IMG/VR virus record: IMGVR_UViG_3300042483_000604
Length of the DNA: 64,000 bases
Strand: one strand, 5' to 3'
Source: a virus
Taxonomy: Duplodnaviria; Heunggongvirae; Uroviricota; Caudoviricetes
Under the pieces are notes generated by a model. That model was not told the origin of the DNA. It saw only the letters and a list, made by a program, of their open reading frames with translations, and did no database searches. A program made the position numbers and the translations under genes. Below, one piece after another: positions 1-8,229 of the stretch. Each line of letters begins with the position of its first letter. Within the stretch, counting starts at the first letter, position 1.

Positions 1-210
1 AGCAAATACTGTTGTCCAATGGCTAGTTCCTTCAGCTTTAAATTGGATAGTCTGAAGAGCTCCTTTCTTCCATCTATTAAGAGAAGGTAATTCAGATCCT
101 ATTTCTGTAGCTATCATAAAGCCTGCTTGTACTTTTACTATGGCCTGGAAGATACCTTTTCTACCTCCGATGAAATCTACTACTGTTAATCCTTTGATTT
201 TGTTGATCAT
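1..210 (-). CDS. hypothetical protein (N-terminal part; ORF runs off the window start)
   Basis: ATG at 208-210 on the minus strand, open frame to position 1, promoter motif directly upstream (237-269). Confidence 0.4.
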   Translation of the reverse strand, partial: MINKIKGLTVVDFIGGRKGIFQAIVKVQAGFMIATEIGSELPSLNRWKKGALQTIQFKAEGTSHWTTVFA

Positions 211-236
211 GATATATGTCGTTTTAATTATTGATA

Positions 237-269
237 CCTAAAGATAAGAAGAAGCCTCCGAAGAGGCAA
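237..269 (-). promoter_or_regulatory. promoter motif TTG-N20-TAnnTTTAG (spacer contains GCCTC-TTCG-GAGGC hairpin)
   Basis: sequence. Confidence 0.5.
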
Positions 270-277
270 CTTTTTTT

Positions 278-412
278 TTAAAAATAAGGGAAATATTTTT
301 CTTTTAAATAAGTGATAACATCTTCTGCTGCTAATGCTTTGGCGTCTGCTAATGACATTTCTGATAAATAATCTTTTGCAATTTCTTCAACTAACTGATC
401 GATTTTTGACAT
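278..412 (-). CDS. small hypothetical protein (44 aa)
   Basis: short ORF with upstream promoter motif 437-470; below the ORF-track length cutoff. Confidence 0.3.
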   Translation of the reverse strand: MSKIDQLVEEIAKDYLSEMSLADAKALAAEDVITYLKEKYFPYF

Positions 413-436
413 ATTATATTGTTTTAATTATTGATG

Positions 437-470
437 CCTAAATATATGCATTTATATGGTAGGATCCAAC
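437..470 (-). promoter_or_regulatory. promoter motif TTG-N20-TATATTTAG
   Basis: sequence. Confidence 0.5.
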
Positions 471-522
471 CCTTATATGTTATTTATATTCATTATAAAT
501 TAAAAAAAAGTTAATAAAAAAG

Positions 523-555
523 TTGCTAGTTACAAAGATCGTTCGTATCTTTAGG
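523..555 (+). promoter_or_regulatory. Bacteroidetes-type promoter on the PLUS strand (TTG-N20-TATCTTTAGG)
   Basis: exact match to the recurring motif; only plus-strand copy; no ORF downstream. Confidence 0.55.
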
Positions 556-630
556 TATGTTAGAAGGGAATAAGGGGCCTGGCTTTGAAAGAGAGTCGGA
601 AGAGTAGAAGGGCCGGTACGCCATGTTCGT

Positions 631-700
631 TACTTAAAGCAAAGCTTTAACTTAAAGTGATGCTTTAACTGAATATTTTACTTAAAGGAAAGCTTTAGAT
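631..700. repeat. three tandem palindromic units (TTAAAGC-n3-GCTTTAA and variants)
   Basis: direct reading of the sequence. Confidence 0.55.
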
Positions 701-868
701 AAAAAGGAAAGGGCCCTTGTGAGGCCCCTGCTTGGAAGAGGAGTGCTTCTCCTTCCTGGTGTAGGTCTTCTTAGACTTCTGAATGGTATGCCGTGAGGCT
801 GCCCATCTCTCTTGCATTGTAATCTGAATCTGTTTCATAGGTGCTGAGTATTATTTTTAATATATAGG

Positions 869-1066
869 CTACATTAAAGTAGTACCCCAAGTATAGAACA
901 GGAAGAACATTACTAATACTGCTAGGAAGATTATCTTTTCCCCTATAGAAGAAGTAAATATCCATTTAATAGCCTCATAGATAAGTACAAGGAATATCAG
1001 TATACTAAATAAATGTACTATTCCAGAAAGAAATCCACCTTTGTTCTTATTTGTTTCCATACCCAT
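869..1066 (-). CDS. small membrane protein
   Basis: hydrophobic TM segments; promoter motif 1082-1114 immediately upstream. Confidence 0.5.
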   Translation of the reverse strand: MGMETNKNKGGFLSGIVHLFSILIFLVLIYEAIKWIFTSSIGEKIIFLAVLVMFFLFYTWGTTLM

Positions 1067-1081
1067 ACCTGTTTTTATATA

Positions 1082-1114
1082 CCTAAAGATAAGAAGAATA
1101 GATCATATAGGCAA
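1082..1114 (-). promoter_or_regulatory. promoter motif TTG-N20-TATCTTTAG
   Basis: sequence. Confidence 0.5.
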
Positions 1115-1159
1115 CTTTTTTATAGGCTTTTTTTACCCCCGAAGGGGGATAAGGACAGG

Positions 1160-1290
1160 GTCTCTAACGGGTAAAGAGAACGGGTCTCAATTGGGTCACT
1201 AGACGGGTAACAAAACGGGTAGCTAGAACGGGTTTGTAAAGGGTAACGAATCGGGTTACTAGAGAGTGAAACGGGTCTATAGAACGGGTA
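1160..1290. repeat. iteron array A: about 10 copies of AACGGGT (variants GACGGGT, TGGGT) at 11-13 bp spacing
   Basis: direct reading of the sequence. Confidence 0.7.
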
Positions 1291-1560
1291 TCTACTATAG
1301 ATTTTCCTTATTATAGAAAAAAACTATTAAGGAGACACACAAGCCACATTTTTCCTATCCTTATTTTACCATCCCTACTTCCTTTTTTTACACATCATAT
1401 ATACTATACAATACCTTTTCATACCAAGTACTATATGTCTTTATACTCTTCCATTCCTTTTACTACTCTTTATGTTTAATCAGAGTCGTACCCTTTTACT
1501 ATGTATTTCCAGTAGTTCTCCCTATGTCTCTCCCTTTATCTCTCCAGGTCCATACGTATG

Positions 1561-1632
1561 TATAAACGGGTATCGATTGGGTAGAGAAACGGGTAATTGG
1601 ACGGGTATCAAAGTGGGTATTTTAACGGGTAT
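1561..1632. repeat. iteron array B: about 6 copies of AACGGGT at ~12 bp spacing
   Basis: direct reading of the sequence. Confidence 0.7.
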
Positions 1633-1887
1633 CTAGGCTTGTTCTTCAAAGAAATAAGACCATAATCCTAATGAGAATTTACCTACATACTTTCCACTGT
1701 AATGACTTATATCATATGGTAGGTAAGTAGTTTCTCCTATAGGGGTAAATAAACATCTTCTTACATTACCCTCTTCTAGTATACCTTCATATACTCCTTC
1801 CTCTTCTCCAAGTCTATCTAAGTAATATGTCTTTCCTATTATTAGATTATTACCATCTACTTGTATTAACTTCTTATTTGTCTTCAT
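1633..1887 (-). CDS. hypothetical protein
   Basis: ORF track; follows the iteron region. Confidence 0.45.
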   Translation of the reverse strand: MKTNKKLIQVDGNNLIIGKTYYLDRLGEEEGVYEGILEEGNVRRCLFTPIGETTYLPYDISHYSGKYVGKFSLGLWSYFFEEQA

Positions 1888-1943
1888 TGTACTATTGCTG
1901 GATATATTATTTCTTTCTATAGTATTTACCCCTCTACGGATAC

Positions 1944-2150
1944 TTATATCTTTCTAATTTGTATTTGCCAAACTTCTTTTACCTTTATGTAACCATTCTC
2001 ATCTGGCTTTCCTACATATTTTAGTAAGGCCATATGACTATTCTTTTTTATTAGATTGAATGTCTTTGAATCATAATAGTCCATAAGGACTATTCTATAC
2101 CCTATCCTTCTACATATTCTCCAATATAGATTTGCTATTAGCTTTTTCAT
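1944..2150 (-). CDS. hypothetical protein
   Basis: ORF track. Confidence 0.4.
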   Translation of the reverse strand: MKKLIANLYWRICRRIGYRIVLMDYYDSKTFNLIKKNSHMALLKYVGKPDENGYIKVKEVWQIQIRKI

Positions 2151-2151
2151 A

Positions 2152-2367
2152 CTATTCGTCCATTGACATAAAGAATGATACTATAAGAGCTATTACCATA
2201 TACAATCTAACAATTGGCCATTCAATGTTTACTTGAATACTCCATGTCATAAAACATCCTATTGCATACAGTACTATACAAAGTGCTAATGGTAATGCTA
2301 TAAAAAATCCTAAATAAATTTCTAAAAACTTTTTCATATTTCTTCTAATGTTAATATTGATATACAA
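2152..2367 (-). CDS. small membrane protein
   Basis: two hydrophobic segments. Confidence 0.45.
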   Translation of the reverse strand: MYININIRRNMKKFLEIYLGFFIALPLALCIVLYAIGCFMTWSIQVNIEWPIVRLYMVIALIVSFFMSMDE

Positions 2368-2531
2368 TGTGGAAAGTTATCATAGTCTCTGAGTATTATC
2401 AATCCTCCTTGTTCCTTTACTACCTGGACAGCTATTCCTTCTATAACCTTTCCTGCTCCTTTTCTAGAGTTAAAGGTTACTTTATTACCTCTATACTTTT
2501 TATGATATAATACTACGTCTTCAATTTTCAT
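2334..2531 (-). CDS. hypothetical protein
   Basis: ORF track. Confidence 0.4.
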   Translation of the reverse strand: MKIEDVVLYHKKYRGNKVTFNSRKGAGKVIEGIAVQVVKEQGGLIILRDYDNFPHCISILTLEEI

Positions 2532-2689
2532 CTTCTATAACTAAATAAGGTTTATCATTCTCTGTCTTCTTTATTGTACCCCTTTGTATCAATTCCTGAG
2601 TACCTTGAGGATCTTTTTGAGACATTATTAGGATTGTCTCCTCCATATAGATTACTTTCATATAACTTTTGTTTAGATTTTACCTCCTA

Positions 2690-2760
2690 CAACTCGGAGG
2701 GTTGGGAGAATTTGCGCGTGACACCTTCGGTGAGGAGAGAGAAGCGCCCCCTCCTCCCCT
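2690..2760. repeat. GC-rich structured element copy 1 (core AATTTGCGCGTGACACCTTCGGTGAGGAG)
   Basis: 29-nt identity with 25501-25529; G-run/C-run outer stem; CACC-UUCG-GGUG tetraloop hairpin. Confidence 0.6.
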
Positions 2761-2889
2761 AAGTCTCTATATTGAATCTATTTGTTCTTGTGTTAAACTA
2801 TCTCTCCATTCATTGATGTAAGCCTCTTCCTCATCAAGTAATGCCTGTAATTCCTCTTCTGTCATAACCTTTATTTGTTTGTTTCTATA

Positions 2890-2922
2890 CCTAAATATAC
2901 GAAAAAAGAGCTGCGCTAGCAA
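2890..2922 (-). promoter_or_regulatory. promoter motif with palindromic spacer (terminator-like hairpin)
   Basis: sequence. Confidence 0.5.
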
Positions 2923-2950
2923 CTCTTTTATCAATTATTTTTAAAATATT

Positions 2951-3790
2951 TTACTTTAATCCGTACAATACACTAGTACCTGATCCTAATTGTGTTGTCG
3001 GTACATTACCTTTCCACTTCTCAATCCATTGCTGTTGTATTAACATTGGAGTTAATGTTTGTTGTCTCAATCTATTTGATTCAGCTTCAGCTCTTGCATT
3101 CGCTAGTAATGCTTCAGCGTTACCATTTGCTGTTGCTACTTTGATTTTAGCTTCTGCTTCTGCTTGCTTAACTTTATTCTCTGCCATTAAAGCTGACTGT
3201 ACTGCATTGTTCTTAGCATTAATAGCTTTCTTAAATGAATCTGGATAGATTAGATTTGATGTGAATTGATTTAGTATGAATCCTTCTTTCTGTAATTGTG
3301 TTACCAATATTCTTCTTACTTCAGTTTCAAATACTTCTCTATTTGAAATCAATCCATCTGCTGTATACTTATTTGCTGCTAATCTAAAAGCATCGTACAC
3401 GGCCGTTTTTAAGAATCCTTCTTCAATTTCTGGTAAGCTTCTTCTATATTTTGCAAAGATAGCTGGTACTTTATCTCTCTGTACTGAGTAATTCATAATA
3501 GGTGATACACTGAATTCAGATCCATCTTTACTATTTACAATGAATGAATTGTCTCCTTCTTCTGATTTCTTATACTCTTTATGTTGAATATAAGTTGGAA
3601 ATTCATAGATCTTTGTTGACATAGGATTGTAAAATACTAATCCAGTACATTCTGTAACATCGCTTACTCCTTTACCTGACCCATATAGATTTACTTTTAC
3701 ACCTACATGCCCGGCATCAATACGTTCACATGAGAATACTCCCACTACTAATAACACTACTAATCCTAATACTACTAAAATTCTGTTCAT
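2951..3790 (-). CDS. SPFH/band-7 (HflK/C-prohibitin-like) membrane protein
   Basis: N-terminal TM, GHVGV motif, C-terminal Ala/Glu-rich coiled coil typical of the SPFH family; promoter 3837-3869. Confidence 0.65.
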   Translation of the reverse strand: MNRILVVLGLVVLLVVGVFSCERIDAGHVGVKVNLYGSGKGVSDVTECTGLVFYNPMSTKIYEFPTYIQHKEYKKSEEGDNSFIVNSKDGSEFSVSPIMNYSVQRDKVPAIFAKYRRSLPEIEEGFLKTAVYDAFRLAANKYTADGLISNREVFETEVRRILVTQLQKEGFILNQFTSNLIYPDSFKKAINAKNNAVQSALMAENKVKQAEAEAKIKVATANGNAEALLANARAEAESNRLRQQTLTPMLIQQQWIEKWKGNVPTTQLGSGTSVLYGLK

Positions 3791-3836
3791 AACTTGTTGT
3801 TTAAATTTGATTTATAATTAATTATTTATTACTATA

Positions 3837-3869
3837 CCTAAATATACGAAATATATTCTTAGGAGGCAA
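3837..3869 (-). promoter_or_regulatory. promoter motif TTG-N20-TATATTTAG
   Basis: sequence. Confidence 0.55.
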
Positions 3870-4259
3870 CTAATCCAGCCCTAATTTTTTTCTTTTATCT
3901 GTTTTATAAGTAGAATTTTCAATGTTATCTTTAAATAACTTTTTAACTCTACTGTAAGCTTTGCTCCATATTGGAATTACTCCTACATCTGTAATGTGAT
4001 ATGGAAATATCAATGAGTACTGTGTTTGAAAAATGGAAGGATTATTTCCATGTCTGACTGTATATCCTTTTACATTTAAAACAAACTTATCATTCCATCT
4101 TTTAGTTACTCCGTTTATAAGATTTTCATTTTCAATTCTATCTAAATAATCTGAAATGTCTTTATCTGAGATTGGAGATCCTAGCTCACATGTTGTAACA
4201 GTTTCTATAATTCCTAAAACTACTAAACCTGCAATTAATAATATTAATAACACTACCAT
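3870..4259 (-). CDS. membrane-anchored hypothetical protein
   Basis: N-terminal TM helix. Confidence 0.5.
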   Translation of the reverse strand: MVVLLILLIAGLVVLGIIETVTTCELGSPISDKDISDYLDRIENENLINGVTKRWNDKFVLNVKGYTVRHGNNPSIFQTQYSLIFPYHITDVGVIPIWSKAYSRVKKLFKDNIENSTYKTDKRKKLGLD

Positions 4260-4261
4260 AA

Positions 4262-4486
4262 CTATTCTTCTTTTTCTTGTTTAACTTCTTCTTTCTCTGG
4301 CTTAATTATCTTCATCAGATATAGTCCTAAGTATCCAAATGCTACAAACACTACTCCAAATAATACTATTCCAATATTAAATAAGTAAGTATCTTCTTGA
4401 TTCATCAAATAAAATACTAAGTCTACTAACTGAACTAATCCTAATCCTAAGAATAGTCCTACTAAAACTTTAATAACTGTCTTCAT
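4262..4486 (-). CDS. small membrane protein
   Basis: two TM helices. Confidence 0.45.
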   Translation of the reverse strand: MKTVIKVLVGLFLGLGLVQLVDLVFYLMNQEDTYLFNIGIVLFGVVFVAFGYLGLYLMKIIKPEKEEVKQEKEE

Positions 4487-4689
4487 TACTTTGAACTTGA
4501 GCTTGTATTTCTAAATAAAATTCCACATAGGATATTAATTCCTAATGCTTGCCAAAAGCCAATTGGATTGAATCCATCTGCTGCTCCTACTAAAGCGTTG
4601 TTCCAAAGCCATTGTGTTGGCCATGCTAATAAAATCGCTATTACAACTAGCGCTCCTAATCCTGCTAATACTAATCCTACTTTTTCCAT
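4486..4689 (-). CDS. small membrane protein
   Basis: hydrophobic ORF. Confidence 0.45.
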   Translation of the reverse strand: MEKVGLVLAGLGALVVIAILLAWPTQWLWNNALVGAADGFNPIGFWQALGINILCGILFRNTSSSSK

Positions 4690-4691
4690 AA

Positions 4692-4928
4692 TTATAATTC
4701 GTTTTCTGGTGTTCCTGTTACTGCATCAATTTCTGTATACCTTGAGTTAACTTGCTCTTTAAGAACCTCTCTAAGGTATTTTATATTCTCTACTCCTACC
4801 GATCGTACTGCTCTCTGAGGATCTTTAAACAATTTGTCGTGAGTCTTTCCATTCTTTTTTATAACTTGAATGTAATTTCCTTTTAAGTCTGCCATCAATT
4901 CCTTTGGTGTTTTTACTTTGCCTTCCAT
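4692..4928 (-). CDS. hypothetical protein
   Basis: ORF track. Confidence 0.45.
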   Translation of the reverse strand: MEGKVKTPKELMADLKGNYIQVIKKNGKTHDKLFKDPQRAVRSVGVENIKYLREVLKEQVNSRYTEIDAVTGTPENEL

Positions 4929-4931
4929 GTT

Positions 4932-5171
4932 TTAATTTATGTATAATAAGTTTCCTTGTTGATCTTCTATCTTTGTTACTTCCATTTTCTTATCCATATG
5001 GTCTAAAATAAATCCTCCATGCATTTGGAAGTACATATTAAAGGCTTGATGGAAAGCTTCATAGGGAGGAGTCATTCTATTCTCATCCTTATGCTTTAAG
5101 AAGTATTCGTAAAACCAAGCCAGATCATACTGGCCTGATTTTCTCATCTGTATATACTTTTCTCTATCCAT
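4932..5171 (-). CDS. hypothetical protein
   Basis: ORF track. Confidence 0.45.
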   Translation of the reverse strand: MDREKYIQMRKSGQYDLAWFYEYFLKHKDENRMTPPYEAFHQAFNMYFQMHGGFILDHMDKKMEVTKIEDQQGNLLYIN

Positions 5172-5989
5172 TAGTTAACCAATGCTGTAGCTAATTTAAA
5201 AAGCTTTTGATTAACTTCTAGATCTTTCTCGAATGATTTAATCTTTCTAACCTTTCTTACTTTAGCACCATTCAATGCTGCTGAATATCCTCCTTGAGTA
5301 ATCTTCTCTTGGATTACATTAAATACTTTCCAGAGATCATTTCCTTTATCAGCATCTCTTACAGGAGTTAGAACGTCTTGAATAGTCTCTTCATCCCACT
5401 CAGCATCGATTCTATTAGTTCTCAATTGCATTGCATCAATTGCTAACTGTCTTTGCTCTGCAGGAGTCAATTCTCTTAACTGCATTTTGTTAAGAATGTC
5501 TACTTTATTAGGAAGATCAGCTACTGCTTGAGATACTACTCCTCTTAATTCTTCGAAGGTATATCCTGTATGTCTGATTCTGAATGCTGAGAATTCTTCA
5601 TCAGCTACTACTAATCCATTTGAGCATACTAATCTGTAGATACCAATTCTGAATTGAAAAGAATTAAATCCATCATGAGAGTTCGTTAAAATGATTCTTG
5701 GGAAAGCATCATCACCATTCTTACCTTTGATCATAAGATCTGGATTTTGAAATGATACCATATGTTTTGAGAAGATTGTATCTTTACCTCTAGATTTTCT
5801 TTGAGAGGCAGTTACTGGCTTCCATCCTAACTTCTCTAAGTCATCGATGATAGTCTCAGTATTAACATGTAAATATTTACCACTTACTTTAGTACTTGTC
5901 GGTGCTGTAGCGAATGCTACTGGTGCTAAAGCTTTTACTTGATCTTTTGAAAGGTAAGAATCTAAACCTGTAGTGAATTTTGATAACAT
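5171..5989 (-). CDS. DUF932-family phage/plasmid protein
   Basis: conserved ILTNSHDGxxxFQ block typical of DUF932. Confidence 0.55.
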   Translation of the reverse strand: MLSKFTTGLDSYLSKDQVKALAPVAFATAPTSTKVSGKYLHVNTETIIDDLEKLGWKPVTASQRKSRGKDTIFSKHMVSFQNPDLMIKGKNGDDAFPRIILTNSHDGFNSFQFRIGIYRLVCSNGLVVADEEFSAFRIRHTGYTFEELRGVVSQAVADLPNKVDILNKMQLRELTPAEQRQLAIDAMQLRTNRIDAEWDEETIQDVLTPVRDADKGNDLWKVFNVIQEKITQGGYSAALNGAKVRKVRKIKSFEKDLEVNQKLFKLATALVN

Positions 5990-6018
5990 AACTTATTGTT
6001 TTTAATTGATTAACATAC

Positions 6019-6051
6019 CTAAATATATGAACTATATCTTTGGTAGGCAAC
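6019..6051 (-). promoter_or_regulatory. promoter motif
   Basis: sequence. Confidence 0.55.
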
Positions 6052-6073
6052 TTTTTTAGTAACTTTTTTTAAA

Positions 6074-6328
6074 TTATTTTACTAATCCTAATGCTTTAGC
6101 TCTATAGTAACTTACTTCCTTACCTGTCTTAGGATTTAAGAACATTTGTTTTGTTTTCGGAAGATTCTTTTGATATTTTTCCTTTTTATTGAATTCATCC
6201 AAGTATTCTTTAGGATATTCGAACTCTGCTTTTACTATGCCGCTTACAATACTTTCACTGTTGTATGTATAGGTTGTCTTGATTCCAGTCAACTCACATA
6301 CAAATACTTTTACATAGGGCTTTGTCAT
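6074..6328 (-). CDS. hypothetical protein
   Basis: ORF track; promoter 6019-6051 lies downstream of it and serves the next gene. Confidence 0.45.
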   Translation of the reverse strand: MTKPYVKVFVCELTGIKTTYTYNSESIVSGIVKAEFEYPKEYLDEFNKKEKYQKNLPKTKQMFLNPKTGKEVSYYRAKALGLVK

Positions 6329-6618
6329 GCTTTCAATTCTTTGATTAGTAAATAAGTGTCAATGGCTTCATCTCCCATCTCCCATTCGCTGTAATGCTTC
6401 AAGCAATTCTCTAAAGCAATAATCCATTCTTTTTTTGAGAGTGATATCTCAAAAGAAGTATCCATTCCTTCCATAAAGATCTCAAATAGTATAGCTGTCT
6501 TCTTCTTAGCCTTCATAGCTTCCTCAATACCTTCTCGAATGTTATTTGTCATATCGACTGATCTTTCTCTAAAGATTGCTTCTAATTCTTCTAAAGATTC
6601 TATTTCTAATTTTCTCAT
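6325..6618 (-). CDS. hypothetical protein
   Basis: ORF track, start/stop coupled with neighbours. Confidence 0.45.
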   Translation of the reverse strand: MRKLEIESLEELEAIFRERSVDMTNNIREGIEEAMKAKKKTAILFEIFMEGMDTSFEISLSKKEWIIALENCLKHYSEWEMGDEAIDTYLLIKELKA

Positions 6619-6944
6619 ATACGATTACTATTTGCTTCTGATTTTTGATTAACCGGCATCTCTGGATTAGTTACAATTGTCTCTGTATCCATTCTGATTA
6701 CCTCTACGTTTGATTGTACAATATAGACTGGACCATTATAATCATATGTATGCATAGGAACATTGAACATACTATCTCCTAAGCCTGGCTGTTTGATAGG
6801 CTCAGTTATTCTTCTCTTTCCATCAAATGATCTGAATTCTCTAGCTGTAGTACGGTACCAATTACCTTTTATACAAACCTCACATACTCCTGAAGTATTA
6901 AAATCGTATACTAATTTTGCGGTATTACCAGTCTTTTCTCCCAT
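6615..6944 (-). CDS. hypothetical protein
   Basis: ORF track; promoter 6967-6999. Confidence 0.45.
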   Translation of the reverse strand: MGEKTGNTAKLVYDFNTSGVCEVCIKGNWYRTTAREFRSFDGKRRITEPIKQPGLGDSMFNVPMHTYDYNGPVYIVQSNVEVIRMDTETIVTNPEMPVNQKSEANSNRI

Positions 6945-6966
6945 AACCTTTATCTTTTTATTTATA

Positions 6967-6999
6967 CCTAAATATATGAATAAAGATTCGTACTAGCAA
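6967..6999 (-). promoter_or_regulatory. promoter motif
   Basis: sequence. Confidence 0.55.
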
Positions 7000-7111
7000 C
7001 TATTTTCCAAACAATTTCCAAAAAGAATTATTAATTGTTTTCTCTCTCAGCTTTTCATTCTGCTCTGATTGTTTTACTAATTGATTGGCTACAATTCTTT
7101 CTCTAGTAGGC

Positions 7112-7765
7112 TTAGTCTTCTTTTTCATTCCTCTTAAAGTTTTCTGAGATGTATTGTGAACCATCTGTAGGTTCTTCTTTCCAAAGTCCTAATGATTCTA
7201 AATGCTCTTTCATAGCATCATCTACCTCCCAATCAAAATCTCTTACTTGTCTGTCTACAGAATCCTCTGCTGCTGCTACTTGCTTGTCGGTAATAGGTGA
7301 TACCGAGTACAGAAAAGAACAATTGTAACACATAAGTTCTATATTGGTAAGCTCATAGTTGACTTTATTCTTATCCTTGAATTGAAGTATCAAAGGTATT
7401 TTATGATCTGTTACCCTCTCTTCATGAAAGCCACATCGACTACATTCCTCTTTCAAGTACCCTTCAAAGATTAATCTCTGTTTGATCTTGGCTGGCTCAA
7501 AAGAAGCAACTGATATCTTCCCTTCTATTAATTCTTTAAGAGGTGCTTGCTTTCCTTTGTTAGGAAGATATTTAGGAATACCTATACCGGCTGGATTCTT
7601 ATGAACCTCCCATAGAGATATTCCTTCTTCATTCACATAAGTCTTAGCATACTTTTTGTAATGGACAAAGCTACAACGAAGAAATCGAGCTGCTCCTCTA
7701 TTACTTCTAGTATTGGCCATTGCTCTTAAGCAATCATCTTTGGATATAAATTTAGCTGGAGGCAT
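7112..7765 (-). CDS. HNH-like endonuclease
   Basis: CxxC...DHKIP...N...CYNC arrangement resembling an HNH motif. Confidence 0.45.
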   Translation of the reverse strand: MPPAKFISKDDCLRAMANTRSNRGAARFLRCSFVHYKKYAKTYVNEEGISLWEVHKNPAGIGIPKYLPNKGKQAPLKELIEGKISVASFEPAKIKQRLIFEGYLKEECSRCGFHEERVTDHKIPLILQFKDKNKVNYELTNIELMCYNCSFLYSVSPITDKQVAAAEDSVDRQVRDFDWEVDDAMKEHLESLGLWKEEPTDGSQYISENFKRNEKED

Positions 7766-8172
7766 TAATCGTCGTCTTCGTCTTCTAGGTCTACATCTTC
7801 TACATCCTCTAGATCTTCTAAGTCTTCTTCTACCTCTTCGACTTCTAATTCATCGTCTAAGGCCTTTTCAATAACAGCATCTAATGCTTTAGCATCATCT
7901 GTTACTTCATCTTCGTCATAGTTTAAGATCTCTAATGGAACATTTCTAACTCCTCTTGCAGTGTTCTCCATCTCTTGAAGTCTTCTAGCAGTATCCTGAT
8001 CTAAGATATCAAGCTCTGTTACTGTATAGTCTCCTTCTCCTACTACTCTAATACGTCCTACCTTAGGCTTTACATCTGAGCAGTTAACACAGAAATCGTA
8101 TCCGTATTTTTCTAATCGGAGCTTTGGCATATCATTGCCACATCTTGTACAAGGAATCATTTCTAAATTCAT
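7765..8172 (-). CDS. zinc-ribbon protein with poly-acidic C-terminal tail
   Basis: CxxC...CxxC at N-terminus; last 35 residues almost exclusively D/E. Confidence 0.5.
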   Translation of the reverse strand: MNLEMIPCTRCGNDMPKLRLEKYGYDFCVNCSDVKPKVGRIRVVGEGDYTVTELDILDQDTARRLQEMENTARGVRNVPLEILNYDEDEVTDDAKALDAVIEKALDDELEVEEVEEDLEDLEDVEDVDLEDEDDD

Positions 8173-8196
8173 AACCGTTTTTGTTTATTAATTATA

Positions 8197-8229
8197 CCTA
8201 AATATAAGAACAATAGTCTTCTTAGGCAA
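8197..8229 (-). promoter_or_regulatory. promoter motif
   Basis: sequence. Confidence 0.55.

Noticed and set aside
771-965. 64-aa minus-strand ORF
   Set aside because: It overlaps the better-supported membrane-protein ORF 869-1066 and lies mostly within the structured non-coding segment. There is no promoter motif and it is tyrosine-rich and low-complexity.
1130-1640. CRISPR array interpretation of the AACGGGT repeats
   Set aside because: The repeat unit is only 7 nt with ~5-nt variable gaps, far shorter than CRISPR repeats and spacers. The periodicity fits iterons.
2574-2762. 62-aa plus-strand ORF
   Set aside because: It overlaps the GC-rich repeated structured element (2690-2760) and a minus-strand small ORF. 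It was probably created by the GC-rich insert rather than being coding.
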